From positions 57,904 through 121,903 of the forward strand of contig CAWGKU010000006.1 in assembly GCA_963823255.1 (NCBI GenBank): 64,000 nucleotides of DNA, given 5' to 3'. This document shows positions 10,170 to 19,460 of this stretch, piece by piece. The stretch is from an uncultured Actinomycetes bacterium (GTDB taxonomy: Bacteria > Actinomycetota > UBA4738 > HRBIN12). Positions within the stretch are counted from its first letter, which is position 1, and every line of letters starts with the position of its first letter. Position numbers and translations under genes: made by a program. A model generated the notes under the pieces. It ran no database searches. It was not told the origin of the DNA and saw only the letters and a list, made by a program, of their open reading frames with translations.

Positions 10170-10913
10170 CTAAGGTCGCGGTTCCCGTACCTCCACCCGG
10201 CAGATCGCGCGCTCGGTGAGCGGCGTGAACGCCTCCAGGGACAGCGGCGGCTCGAGCGCCCCGAGCATCCCCTCCACCAACCCCTGGTGGATCGAGCACA
10301 CGAGGTCGCGGTGGTCGTCCAGCAGCTCCCGGAAGGGGCAGTCGCGCAGGGTGACCTCGACGGTCCCGTCGCTCGCCCTTCGGAACCGCGGGTCGAACCC
10401 GGCCGAGGCCATCGCCTCCTGCAGGACGGCGAGGTTATGGCGGGCCGCCGAGCGAGTGCCCGGTTTCGGGACGCCGCGTGCCGCGAGGTAACGGCCCCAC
10501 TCGCGGGCGCGCTCGGTGGCGCGGGTCCGGGCCCGGGTGCCCGAGGCGAGACCGGCCAGGATCTCGGCGAGGAGCCGGAAATCGCGGTTCTCGCCCTCGA
10601 TCTGCTCGATCGCGACGTACATCGTCTGCGGGCGTCCCACGGTCGCGCCCTTGCGGATCTCGCGGCGGACCAGGCCGGCCTCCTCGAGCCGGCGCAGGTG
10701 CGGCCGGAGCGTGTTCGGGTGCAGGGACAGGCGGGTCGAGAGCTCGCGGATCGAGACCGGCCTGCCCGAGAGCCCCAGGTACCGGTACAGGCGGAAGCGC
10801 GTGTCGTCGGCGAGCGCCTTGTGGATCTCGAGCGGAGTGGGCTCACGGGCGGGCACGGGTCGCTCCTCGCGATCGACGGGACCGGCGCGCGTCGACGCCC
10901 GCGAGCGCCGGAC
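10170..10913 (-). CDS. winged-HTH (ArsR-like) transcriptional regulator with a Cys-containing C-terminal domain; start uncertain
   Basis: HTH LEIHKALADDTRFRLYRYLGLSGRPVSIRELSTRLSLHPNTLRPHLRRLEEAGLV; C-terminus ...RDCPFRELLDDHRDLVCSIHQG. Divergent from apbC. Confidence 0.5.
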   Translation of the reverse strand, partial: VRRSRASTRAGPVDREERPVPAREPTPLEIHKALADDTRFRLYRYLGLSGRPVSIRELSTRLSLHPNTLRPHLRRLEEAGLVRREIRKGATVGRPQTMYVAIEQIEGENRDFRLLAEILAGLASGTRARTRATERAREWGRYLAARGVPKPGTRSAARHNLAVLQEAMASAGFDPRFRRASDGTVEVTLRDCPFRELLDDHRDLVCSIHQGLVEGMLGALEPPLSLEAFTPLTERAICRVEVREPRP

Positions 10914-11052
10914 GTACCATGGGAGAAAGCACGGTTCGCACCGTGCCGACCAGGATAATCCGAGCCCGATCCATCGGAGCACGGACGCACGACAGACGGT
11001 CCGAGTCAGCGAACCAGCCAGCGAACCAGCCAACGAACCAGGAGGTCACCCC

Positions 11053-12207
11053 GTGGTCACGCAGGACCAGGTCCGAGAGGCGCTCCGGAGCGTCAACGAC
11101 CCCGAGATCGGCCGTCCGATCGAGGACATCGGCATGCTCCGGGACATCGAGGTGCTGGACGGCGGCCTGGTCCGCGTCCACGTCCTGATCACGATCGAGG
11201 GCTGCCCGCTCAAGGACCGGATCACCAGTGACGTGACCGAGGCGCTCGCGCCGCTCGAGGGCGTGGACCGCGTGGAGGTGTCCTTGTCCCCGATGAGCGA
11301 GGAGCAACGCGCCTCGCTCGTCTCCACCCTGCGAGGCGGCGCGGCCCCCCAGCAGCAGCAGCCGACCTTCTTCGCGGGCTCCGACACCACGGTGATCGCC
11401 GTGGCGTCGGGCAAGGGCGGCGTCGGCAAGTCCAGCGTCACCGTGAACCTCGCTTGCGCCCTGGCGGCCGAGGGGCACCGCGTCGGCATCCTCGACGCCG
11501 ACGTCTGGGGGTTCAGCGTGCCCCGCATGATGGGCGTGACCGGCAAGCCCGTCGGGTTCAACGACATGATCCTGCCGATGGAGTCCTACGGCGTGAAGGT
11601 GATCTCGATGGGCTTCTTCGTGCCCGAGGAGACGCCGGTGATCTGGCGGGGCCCGATGCTGCACAAGGCGATCGAGCAGTTCCTGGGCGACGTGTACTGG
11701 GGCGACCTCGACTTCCTGCTGTGCGACCTGCCGCCGGGGACCGGCGACGTGTCGATCAGCCTCGCGTCATTCCTGCCCGGCGCGTCGATGCTCGTCGTGA
11801 CCACGCCGCAGGAGGCCGCGCGCAAGGTCGCGGAGCGGGCGGGCAAGATGGCGGAGCGGACCAACCTGCGACCGATCGGCGTGATCGAGAACATGTCGTG
11901 GTTCGTCTGCCCGCACTGCGGCGAGCCCACGCCGATCTTCGGTCAGGGCGGAGGCAACGAGGCCGCCGAGACCCTGGGCGTCCCGCTGTTCGCGCAGGTG
12001 CCGCTCGAACCCGCGCTGCGCGAGGGCGGCGACGACGGGACGCCGATCGTCGTGACCGACCCGGACTCACCGGCGGGCGAGGCGCTGCGGCGCGCGGCTC
12101 GGGAGCTCGCCCACACCACCCGCTCCAAGGTCGGCAAGCCGCTCCCGATCATGGCTGTCCCCGGCGCCGCCGTGACGGCCGGGGGCCATCACGGCCACGC
12201 GCATTAG
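11053..12207 (+). CDS. apbC: iron-sulfur cluster carrier ATPase Mrp/ApbC (N-terminal MIP18/DUF59 domain plus ParA-type NTPase)
   Basis: GTG 11053 sits 7 nt after GGAGG. Walker A SGKGGVGKSS; CPHCGEPTPIFGQGGG Fe-S ligand motif. Confidence 0.8.
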   Translation: MVTQDQVREALRSVNDPEIGRPIEDIGMLRDIEVLDGGLVRVHVLITIEGCPLKDRITSDVTEALAPLEGVDRVEVSLSPMSEEQRASLVSTLRGGAAPQQQQPTFFAGSDTTVIAVASGKGGVGKSSVTVNLACALAAEGHRVGILDADVWGFSVPRMMGVTGKPVGFNDMILPMESYGVKVISMGFFVPEETPVIWRGPMLHKAIEQFLGDVYWGDLDFLLCDLPPGTGDVSISLASFLPGASMLVVTTPQEAARKVAERAGKMAERTNLRPIGVIENMSWFVCPHCGEPTPIFGQGGGNEAAETLGVPLFAQVPLEPALREGGDDGTPIVVTDPDSPAGEALRRAARELAHTTRSKVGKPLPIMAVPGAAVTAGGHHGHAH

Positions 12208-12211
12208 CTCG

Positions 12212-13153
12212 TCAGGGCACCGTTCGGTCCGCCTGGTCCTCGTCTCCGCTGGTCGTTCGATCGTCCCCTGGCGGTGACGAACGCGCGCCGACGGCCCACG
12301 AGATCAACGTGACGATGCAGACGATCGAGACCGTGAGCCCGGTCCACTGGCTGCCGGTCATGCCGAACACCCGCTTGTCGACACGCAGGAAGTCCTCGAG
12401 CACCCGCGTCGCCCCGTAGACCGCGCCGAACACGAGCGTGAGCACCCCGAGGCGCCGGGGTGCCCGGGAGAGCCCGTACAGCACGAGGAACAGACACGTC
12501 GCGAAGAACATGTCGTACAGGGCCGTCTGATGGACCCCGACGCCCTCGGCGAGGAGCCGCCCGGCCGGTGTGGTGAGCCGGGCCGCCTCGTGGGTGATCG
12601 TGAGTACCTGCCCGCCTTCGAGTGTGGTCCGGCACGTGCCCGCCGCACACGTGAACCCCGAGAGGTTGCCGCCCTCGTACTGGAACGCGAGCAGCCAGCT
12701 GGTCGGCTTGCCGAGGTGGTCGCCGATGATCAGGTCGCCGATCCGGCCGAACGCGATCCCGAACGCGAGCCCGATCACCGCGCCATCCATCACCTGGAAG
12801 AACGAGTAGTGGTACTTGCGGAACAAGGGGATGTTGATGAGGATCGCGCCCGCGATCCCGCCGAGCAGGGTGAGGCCCCCGTTCCACAGCGCGAGCATGT
12901 CGCCCACGCCGTCGAACTCGGAGAAGTGGCCGATCACGAAGAAGAGCCGAGCGCCGATGATCGTGCCGATCAACGCCCAGAACACCATCGTGTTGATGTG
13001 CTCGACGGTCACCCCGCGCTTGGGACCCTCGTGCTGCAGGATCCACGCGCCGAACAGGAACCCCACGGCGATCCCGATGCCGTGCGGGCTGATGGCGAAG
13101 TCGCCGAACAGGTGGATGCGATCGAGGACCGGCCAGCCGATCGAGGCGAGCAC
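12212..13153 (-). CDS. lgt: prolipoprotein diacylglyceryl transferase
   Basis: FGDFAISPHGIGIAVGFLFGAWI...RLFFVIGHF...GGLTLLGGIAGAIL, a typical Lgt signature and TM pattern. Confidence 0.8.
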   Translation of the reverse strand: MLASIGWPVLDRIHLFGDFAISPHGIGIAVGFLFGAWILQHEGPKRGVTVEHINTMVFWALIGTIIGARLFFVIGHFSEFDGVGDMLALWNGGLTLLGGIAGAILINIPLFRKYHYSFFQVMDGAVIGLAFGIAFGRIGDLIIGDHLGKPTSWLLAFQYEGGNLSGFTCAAGTCRTTLEGGQVLTITHEAARLTTPAGRLLAEGVGVHQTALYDMFFATCLFLVLYGLSRAPRRLGVLTLVFGAVYGATRVLEDFLRVDKRVFGMTGSQWTGLTVSIVCIVTLISWAVGARSSPPGDDRTTSGDEDQADRTVP

Positions 13154-13162
13154 GTGGCGAGT

Positions 13163-13750
13163 CTATCGGCGGTCGTCGTCGAACGCGGCGGCCACGCTCT
13201 TGCCGAGCAGGATCCCGCCGGCAACGTCCGACGGGAAGTGGACGCCCACGTACACCCGCGAGGTCCCGATCGTGGCCGCCAGCCCGTCCAGCGCCGCCCG
13301 CGCGATCGGGCCGGCGCCTAGGTCCTTCGACGTCACGGTGAGGAACGAGAGCAGGACGGCGGGATGGCTGCTCGGCCACGAGGTGCCGTTCGGGCGTTCG
13401 ATGCGCAGGTGCATCCCGTCGAGGCCGGCGTCGTAGGGGCGAGGACGGCCGAACGCGCGCTTCAGCCCCTGCCCGGCGACCCAGGTGATCGAGGCGGCGG
13501 CCAGCCCTCTGGCGGCCGCCCGGCGGTGGCCGGTCGCCGCCAGCACCGCGGCAGCGCCCACCGAGGCCCAGATCGAGCCGAGCTCGGTCACGCCGCGGAA
13601 GAACCGGTCCGCGCCGGGACCCCGGTCGCGGTTGCCCTCGCGGAACGCCGCGAGATCGCGCTCGCGGCCGGGACCCGACGAGCTCCACGCCCCGACGGCC
13701 AGCGCGGCGCCACCCAGGGCCGCGGCTCGAAGGACCGAACGTGCTCTCAC
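13163..13750 (-). CDS. PAP2-family (type 2 phosphatidic acid phosphatase-like) membrane phosphatase
   Basis: Motifs KRAFGRPRP, SWPSSHP and GVHFPSDVAGG, the three PAP2 signature boxes. Confidence 0.65.
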   Translation of the reverse strand: MRARSVLRAAALGGAALAVGAWSSSGPGRERDLAAFREGNRDRGPGADRFFRGVTELGSIWASVGAAAVLAATGHRRAAARGLAAASITWVAGQGLKRAFGRPRPYDAGLDGMHLRIERPNGTSWPSSHPAVLLSFLTVTSKDLGAGPIARAALDGLAATIGTSRVYVGVHFPSDVAGGILLGKSVAAAFDDDRR

Positions 13751-13767
13751 GGGCAGGATGATGGAGG

Positions 13768-14112
13768 ATGACCGGCAACGCCGTCACGGAGGGTCAGGTG
13801 CGACGAGAAGGCGACGACTACGGCCCGCCGAACGATCCCGGCGGCGGTCGGAGCGAGCCGTCGCCGCCCCCGCGCTCGGGGATCTCGTTCCGCCAGGTGG
13901 TCATCGCGATCGTCGCGGTCATCCTGATCGCGTTCGGGGTCGCGAACTTCGACAAGGTGCGGGTCAACTTCCTCCTGTTCGACTCGCAGGCGCGGCTCGT
14001 CACGGTGATCGTGGTCGCGGCGGGGTTGGGATTCGTGATCGGGTACTTCGTGGGGCGGCCGGGGCGGTTGCAGCGCAAGTACCTGAAGCAGCTCGGCGAC
14101 GATCGCGACTAG
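13768..14112 (+). CDS. LapA/DUF1049-like small membrane protein
   Basis: VVIAIVAVILIAFGVANFDKVRVNFLLFDSQARLVTVIVVAAGLGFVIGYFVG, the LapA-domain pattern. Confidence 0.45.
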   Translation: MTGNAVTEGQVRREGDDYGPPNDPGGGRSEPSPPPRSGISFRQVVIAIVAVILIAFGVANFDKVRVNFLLFDSQARLVTVIVVAAGLGFVIGYFVGRPGRLQRKYLKQLGDDRD

Positions 14113-14585
14113 TCGCCCTCGATCGCCCTGTTCTCCTGGAAGCGGCGCTCGATGTCCCGGACCTGCGAGAGCGTCCCGTGCCGGAGCGCGAGGTGCGCTC
14201 CCCCCACGCGTGCGAGGCTCCTCGCCGCGACCTCGCCCAGCGGGCCGCCCCGGAACCGGTAGTCGACGATGTGTTCGAGCAGGCTCCGGTCGCCCGCGAG
14301 CGGCTCGATCGTCGAGGTGACCGTGGCATCCAGCAGTCCCGTGAGCCGGATCGTCGAACGGTGCGGCGGGTCCCATTCGAGGACCCGGCCGTCGATCGTG
14401 CTGCGGAAGGCGAAGAACCGCATCTCGGTCGTGTAGCGCATCCCCTCGCGGAGACCGTCCGCCGGGATCCCGTCGACGCGGACGATGTGCCGGTCCCAGT
14501 GGGGCAGCCGCCGCGGATCCGAGACCACCTCCCAGACCGCCTCGGGCGGGGCCTCCACGACGACGTCGAACTCGACCTTCGTCAC
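14109..14585 (-). CDS. SRPBCC (polyketide cyclase / START-like) family protein
   Basis: VTKVEFDVVVEAPPEAVWEVVSDPRRLPHWDRHIV...; GTG overlaps the upstream stop by GTGA. Confidence 0.55.
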   Translation of the reverse strand: MTKVEFDVVVEAPPEAVWEVVSDPRRLPHWDRHIVRVDGIPADGLREGMRYTTEMRFFAFRSTIDGRVLEWDPPHRSTIRLTGLLDATVTSTIEPLAGDRSLLEHIVDYRFRGGPLGEVAARSLARVGGAHLALRHGTLSQVRDIERRFQENRAIEGD

Positions 14586-15541
14586 GCTGGGGTCACCGAC
14601 CCCGAGGTCCACCCGCGCCACCACACGACGGTCGCGGGTCGGATCCCGATCAGGGCGGCGTCCGAGGGTTCGACGCCCGCCAGCTCCGCGATGCGGGTGA
14701 CCGAACCGGCCCCCGAGGTGAGCGCGGCCACCACCGCGACCTGGCCGTGTCCCCGGATCATGGCGCCCATCATCGCCCGGGCGCGCCACGACGACGGGCA
14801 GGTCGACCTGCAACGCGACGGCCGGAGCCCGGGACGGCGCGGCGAGGGCGAGCGTCTCCGACAGCACCACGGCATAGGCTCGTCCGCCGTCCTCCGCCCA
14901 CCGCACCGGCAGCACGATCGGTCCCTCATCGGTCCCGAGCGCGAGCGCGCCGTCACCGCTCGAACCGAGGCCGTCGCGGATCCGCTCGGGCAGCCCGGCC
15001 AACGGCGACGCGCCGGCGTTCGAGGCTCGGAAGCGATCCACGCCCTCCAGGGTGTCGCCCCAGTCCCCCCACGCGCTCGTCAGTCGTCCCGACTCCACGA
15101 TCGCCGAGCGTTCGAGCCGCATCTCGGCGAACACGCGCCCCGGCGGCGTCCACGCGAGCGGGACCTGGTGCGCGTCCACCGCGTAGCCGGCGAAGAACTT
15201 GGCGTTCTTCTGCGTGAAACGGAACCCAGCGAGCGCGAGCACCGGACCCTGCGAGAGCGAGCGACCCCACGTGTCCGTGTCGAGCAGGTCGTACGTCGTC
15301 ACGGTCCCGGTGAACGCCGCGGCCCGATCGCCGGATCGGACCAGCCCCGCCACGCGCGGATCGCGCCGCCACGCGCGCGCCTTCACCGAACCCCTCGACG
15401 TGGTCACCCACACGCGACCGGCGGCCGAGGCGAACACCATCGGGGTCACGTGCGGACCGGTCGGCGTGAGCGAGGCGACGTGGCAGAACGCTCCCTCCTC
15501 GAGGATCCGGCGGACGGGCGCGGGGACGACGTCGCTCACGT
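14582..15541 (-). CDS. tandem PNPOx-like (pyridoxamine 5'-phosphate oxidase family; FMN/F420-binding split barrel) protein; apparent internal frameshift near 14950
   Basis: VSDVVPAPVRRILEEGAFCHVASLTPTGPHVTPMVFA...GRVWVTTSRGSVKARAWRRDPRVAGLV. The C-terminal part ...GVEPSDAALIGIRPATVVWWR lies in a different frame (track ORF 14582..14956). Confidence 0.5.
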
Positions 15542-16165
15542 CGTCGGTTCGGCGGGCGCGTGCAGCACCGGGAACGCGACCATCATCCCCGTCCACACGA
15601 TGTGGCAGGCGAGGCTCGCGAGCACCCCGCCGGTCCACCACGCCAGCGCGACCCAGACCGCGCCGCCGACCACGGCCCGGCCGCGATCGCGAGGTTCGCG
15701 CTGGGGAGGTTCGCGAGCACGAACGCGACCCAGGCGAGCACCGCCGCGAGCGCGGTGCGGCCCTCGAGCGAGGACGCGAGCTGGCCCTGGAAGAACCCGC
15801 GCCAGAACAGCTCCTCGCCCGGCACGGACAGCGCGATCGACAGGAGCAGCGCGATCCCCAGCGAGAGCCCGCCCTGCTTGCGGTACATCTCGAGCGCGTG
15901 CCGCCGGAAGGTGCCCCACCGCGCCATGATCACGATCGCGATGCGCGTGGCCACGTACAACAGGACGCCGATCACGAGCCCGACCGTGAGGGAGACCCCG
16001 GGCGCCACGTCGGGCGACCACGCGATCGGACCGATCACCAGCGCGACCACGCCCATCGTGGCGAGCACCGGGGTCATCGTGGTCCACACGTTCCGCCCGC
16101 GGGCGACGAGCGACCAGGCGATGACCTCCGCGACGAACCCGAGGACCATCACGGCGACATCCATG
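15536..16165 (-). CDS. CPBP-family (CAAX/Abi) intramembrane metalloprotease; apparent frameshift near 15665
   Basis: ATG 16165, then the EELFWRGFFQG motif. The C-terminal TM segment ...VLASLACHIVWTGMMVAFPVL (carrying the conserved His) is in another frame and ends at 15536, overlapping the next start. Confidence 0.55.
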   Translation of the reverse strand, partial: HGCRRDGPRVRRGGHRLVARRPRAERVDHDDPGARHDGRGRAGDRSDRVVARRGARGLPHGRARDRRPVVRGHAHRDRDHGAVGHLPAARARDVPQAGRALAGDRAAPVDRAVRAGRGAVLARVLPGPARVLARGPHRARGGARLGRVRAREPPQREPRDRGRAVVGGAVWVALAWWTGGVLASLACHIVWTGMMVAFPVLHAPAEPTT

Positions 16166-16166
16166 G

Positions 16167-16943
16167 CTACGGGAGGAACGTTACCTTGGCGGCGAACTCC
16201 GCGGTGAGCGCGGTGATCACGGCGAGGTAGAAGAAGCCGGTCGCGGACTGCACGGCCGAGGACCTCGTGCCCTTCAGCGTCGCCCGGATCATCACCGCGA
16301 TCAGCCCGGTCGCCGCGACCATCCCGAGCGCGATCCACGAGGCCAGGCCCGCCGACGTGAGGAGCGGATTGAACTCGGACGAGGCCTCGGTCGGTCCGAA
16401 CCCTCCTAGCAGTAGGGCCACCGCCTCGAGCCCCACCCCGACGAACAACAGGACGGTCATCCGGTTGATCGGCTTGCGGGTGAGGCCGCGATCGGTCAGG
16501 TACCAGTGCCCGAGCAAGAGCCCGTCGATCACCGCGCCGAGGAACGCCGCGCCGGCCAGCAGCTGGAGGAACGCCACGGCCCAGGTCCCCTCCGCCGTGC
16601 CGGCCATCGCGCCCAGCACGGCGATCGACAACGGGACGGAGACGATCCCGATCACGCGAGCCGCCGCGTGACGCTTCGCGTACATCAGGCCGACCCAGAC
16701 GAGGTTCACGAACGCGAGCACGGCCGACAGCCGCACCGACCAGACGCCGGCCTCGCTCCCCGGTACCCGGCCGGCCGCCGCCGCTCCCCAGGTCGCGAAC
16801 GACAGCACCAGGAGCACACTCCCGGTCAACGTGAAGAAGCCCCGCTTGACCTCGCCCCACAGCGGCGTGAGGAACAGCAGGACGAGCCCGCCCGCGACGG
16901 TCTCGGCCAGGACGAGCGCGGTGACACCCGCGGGCCCGGACAC
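16167..16943 (-). CDS. polytopic membrane protein (about 8 TM helices), unknown function
   Basis: 258 aa, hydrophobic throughout. GTG start sits 6 nt after a TAGGCT box. First gene of a four-gene coupled operon. Confidence 0.5.
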   Translation of the reverse strand: MSGPAGVTALVLAETVAGGLVLLFLTPLWGEVKRGFFTLTGSVLLVLSFATWGAAAAGRVPGSEAGVWSVRLSAVLAFVNLVWVGLMYAKRHAAARVIGIVSVPLSIAVLGAMAGTAEGTWAVAFLQLLAGAAFLGAVIDGLLLGHWYLTDRGLTRKPINRMTVLLFVGVGLEAVALLLGGFGPTEASSEFNPLLTSAGLASWIALGMVAATGLIAVMIRATLKGTRSSAVQSATGFFYLAVITALTAEFAAKVTFLP

Positions 16944-16949
16944 GGCGAG

Positions 16950-16955
16950 AGCCTA
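16950..16955 (-). promoter_or_regulatory. -10 box TAGGCT 6 nt upstream of the GTG of a leaderless gene
   Basis: Minus-strand read CCCGGGTAGGCT-ctcgcc-GTG. It forms an inverted repeat with the + strand box at 17005. Confidence 0.4.
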
Positions 16956-17004
16956 CCCGGGGGACGGACGTCCCCCGATGCCCGCCGAACGCGGAGAACG
17001 CCGG

Positions 17005-17010
17005 TAGGCT
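17005..17010 (+). promoter_or_regulatory. -10 box TAGGCT 8 nt upstream of the ATG (leaderless)
   Basis: GCCGGTAGGCT-ggaccgcc-ATG. Confidence 0.4.
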
Positions 17011-17018
17011 GGACCGCC

Positions 17019-17810
17019 ATGGACGACTGGCGCTCCTACGACAGCGTCGCCGAGACGTATGCGCGTATCCACGCGCCGCGCCTGGCCGAGCCCGCTCGCG
17101 ATCTCGTCCAGCTCACGGGGATCGAGGCCGGGTGGCGCGTGCTCGACGTCGGCACGGGGACCGGCGTCGCGGCGTTCGCCGCGGCCGGGACGGGCGCGAA
17201 CGTGGTCGGGATCGACGAGGCCCCGGGGATGCTCCGGGTCGCTCGTTCGGCCAACGGCTCGCTCCCGGTGGCGACCGCGATCGCGATCGATCTCCCGTTC
17301 CGCAACGGCGCGTTCGACGCCCTGCTCGCGAACTTCGTGCTCGCGCACTTCACCAAGTACAAGACGGCGCTGTTCGACATGAAGCGCGTGCTTCGCCCCG
17401 GCGGACGTCTGGGTCTCACGGCGTGGGCCGACGCCCAGGACGACCTGGCCAGGACCTGGCTGGAGCTCGTCGGCTCGGTCGTCCCGCAGGAGGTCGTGCA
17501 GGCGGCGATGGACGAACGCCTGCCGTGGCGCGAACGCTTCCGGCAGCGGCTTCCGCTCGAGGAGGCGCTGATGGAGTCGGGCATCCGCCACGTCCGGACC
17601 GAGGTCCGCCGCTACCGCTTCCAGTACTCGCTCGACGAGTACGTGGAGGGACTGTCGACGTGGGCGACCGGACGGTTCGTCCGCTCGATGCTGGGCGACG
17701 CCGCGTTCGCGGAGTTCCTGCAGCGAGCCCGGGCGGAGTTCGGCGAGCGCTTCGCGGACCCGGTCAACGACTTCCGCGAGGTTCTGTTCGCGACGGGGAC
17801 CAAACCCTGA
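17019..17810 (+). CDS. class I SAM-dependent methyltransferase
   Basis: VLDVGTGTGVAAFAAAG motif I, then RPGGRLGLTAW. ATG 17019 sits 8 nt after TAGGCT. Confidence 0.7.
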   Translation: MDDWRSYDSVAETYARIHAPRLAEPARDLVQLTGIEAGWRVLDVGTGTGVAAFAAAGTGANVVGIDEAPGMLRVARSANGSLPVATAIAIDLPFRNGAFDALLANFVLAHFTKYKTALFDMKRVLRPGGRLGLTAWADAQDDLARTWLELVGSVVPQEVVQAAMDERLPWRERFRQRLPLEEALMESGIRHVRTEVRRYRFQYSLDEYVEGLSTWATGRFVRSMLGDAAFAEFLQRARAEFGERFADPVNDFREVLFATGTKP

Positions 17811-17856
17811 GGCGCGACCGCGGCCAGCCGCGGTTCCCACTCCCTCTTCGCGCCGC

Positions 17857-19341
17857 TTACGCCTTCGAGAGGACGTAGCGCACGAGCGCGCGGACCGGGC
17901 TGCCGGTGGCGCCCTTGGGCCAGTAGTCGCCCTGGCGTTCGGAGAACGCGGGGCCGGCGATGTCCAGGTGCACCCACGGCACGTCGCCGACGAACTCGCG
18001 CAGGAACATCGCCGCGGTGATCGCGCCGCCGTAGCGCTTGCCGATGTTCTTGATGTCCGCGATGTCCGAGTCGATCAGCTTGCGGTACGGCTCGTGCATC
18101 GGCAGCTCCCACCCGGGCTCGCCGGCGGCGGCGCCCGCGGCCAGCACGTCGCGGATCAGGTCGCGGTCGTTGCCCATCGCGCCCCACAGGTCGGTCCCGA
18201 GCGCGATCATGCACGCGCCGGTGAGCGTCGCGGTGTCGATGATCACCCGCGGCTTCTTCTCGGCCAGGAACGCGAGCGAGTCGGCCAGGACCAGCCGGCC
18301 CTCGGCGTCGGTGTTCAGCACCTCGGACGTGGTTCCACCGCGGTGCTTGAGCACGTCGCCGGGCCGGATCGCGGAGCCGCTCGGCATGTTCTCGGCCGAG
18401 GGGATCGCGGCGATCACGTTGACCTTCGGCTTGAGCAGCGCGATCGCGCGCATCGTCGCGAGGATCGAGGCGGCGCCGCCCATGTCGGACTTCATCCACT
18501 CCATCCCGGTCGCGTCCTTGATCGACAGGCCGCCCGAGTCGAACGCGATGCCCTTGCCGGTCAGCGCGATCGGGGAACCCTTGCCGCCGCCGGAGTACTT
18601 GAGCTCGATCAGCCGTGGCGGCCGAACGCTGCCCTGCCCCACCCCGAGCACGCCGCCGAACCCGCCCTTCTTGAGCTCGGCCTCGGTCCAGACCTTGCAG
18701 GTGAGCCCGACCTCCTTGGCCATCGCCTGCGCTTCCTTCGCGAGCCCGGCCGGCGGGAGGTCGAGCGCGGGCGTATTCACGAGGTCGCGGGCCCACATCT
18801 GCGACTCGGCGATCACCTCGCCGCGGCGGATCGAGTCCTTCGCTGCCTTCGCGTCGGTCTTGCCGCCACCGAGGATCGCGACCTTGGCCAGCCGCTGGGC
18901 CGCCCCGTCCGACTTCGACTTGTAACGGTCGAACCGGTACGAGCCGAGCAGCACGCCCTCCACCGTGGCCTGGACGGCCTCGAGCTGGTCCTTCGCGCCG
19001 ACGATCTGCGGGAGCGTGGTCGCGACCGTCTTGCGCCGTCCGAGCTGTCTCGCGACCCGGCCGATCGCCCGCCGGCAGGCGTCGGGGCTCGCCGCGGCCT
19101 TCGGGCCGACGCCGACCAGCAGGACCGCCTTGGCCGCGAGCGCCTGGTCCCCGGTGTTCGGCACCAGGAGGGACTCGCCGCGCTTGCCCGTGGCGCCCGA
19201 GGCCGCGAACTGCTCGAGGAGGTCGACCCCCTTCACGTCCTTCACGCCGGGTCCGGCCTCGGGACCCTCGAAGACGGGCAGGACCAGGACGTCGACGGCC
19301 TGATCCGTGGGGCGGTCGGTCGAGAAGGCGAACGTCGGCAC
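17857..19341 (-). CDS. pepA: leucyl aminopeptidase (M17 family)
   Basis: NTDAEGRLVLADSLAF signature; 494 aa. GTG start follows AAGGAG. Confidence 0.85.
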   Translation of the reverse strand: MPTFAFSTDRPTDQAVDVLVLPVFEGPEAGPGVKDVKGVDLLEQFAASGATGKRGESLLVPNTGDQALAAKAVLLVGVGPKAAASPDACRRAIGRVARQLGRRKTVATTLPQIVGAKDQLEAVQATVEGVLLGSYRFDRYKSKSDGAAQRLAKVAILGGGKTDAKAAKDSIRRGEVIAESQMWARDLVNTPALDLPPAGLAKEAQAMAKEVGLTCKVWTEAELKKGGFGGVLGVGQGSVRPPRLIELKYSGGGKGSPIALTGKGIAFDSGGLSIKDATGMEWMKSDMGGAASILATMRAIALLKPKVNVIAAIPSAENMPSGSAIRPGDVLKHRGGTTSEVLNTDAEGRLVLADSLAFLAEKKPRVIIDTATLTGACMIALGTDLWGAMGNDRDLIRDVLAAGAAAGEPGWELPMHEPYRKLIDSDIADIKNIGKRYGGAITAAMFLREFVGDVPWVHLDIAGPAFSERQGDYWPKGATGSPVRALVRYVLSKA

Positions 19342-19390
19342 GATGGGCTCCTTGACGGGTCGGGGACGAACAGCGCGAAGTCTACCGATG

Positions 19391-19410
19391 GCGGCCGGGC
19401 CGCGGCCCGG
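19391..19410. promoter_or_regulatory. perfect 20-nt palindrome GGCCGGGCCGCGGCCCGGCC in the pepA/cupin divergent promoter region
   Basis: Read directly; it equals its own reverse complement. Confidence 0.35.
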
Positions 19411-19446
19411 CCGACCCGGAGCGCGGCGGTGTCGGAGCGCGGCCGA

Positions 19447-19452
19447 TAGGCT
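19447..19452 (+). promoter_or_regulatory. -10 box TAGGCT 8 nt upstream of the GTG (leaderless)
   Basis: GCCGATAGGCT-gggccgcc-GTG. Confidence 0.4.
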
Positions 19453-19460
19453 GGGCCGCC

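Noticed and set aside
8299-10299. 666-aa minus ORF
   Set aside because: Antisense to the ECF sigma, its partner and the cupredoxin. Low-complexity RG-rich translation.
13485-15929. 814-aa + ORF
   Set aside because: Antisense to PAP2, SRPBCC, PNPOx and CPBP. Arg-rich junk.
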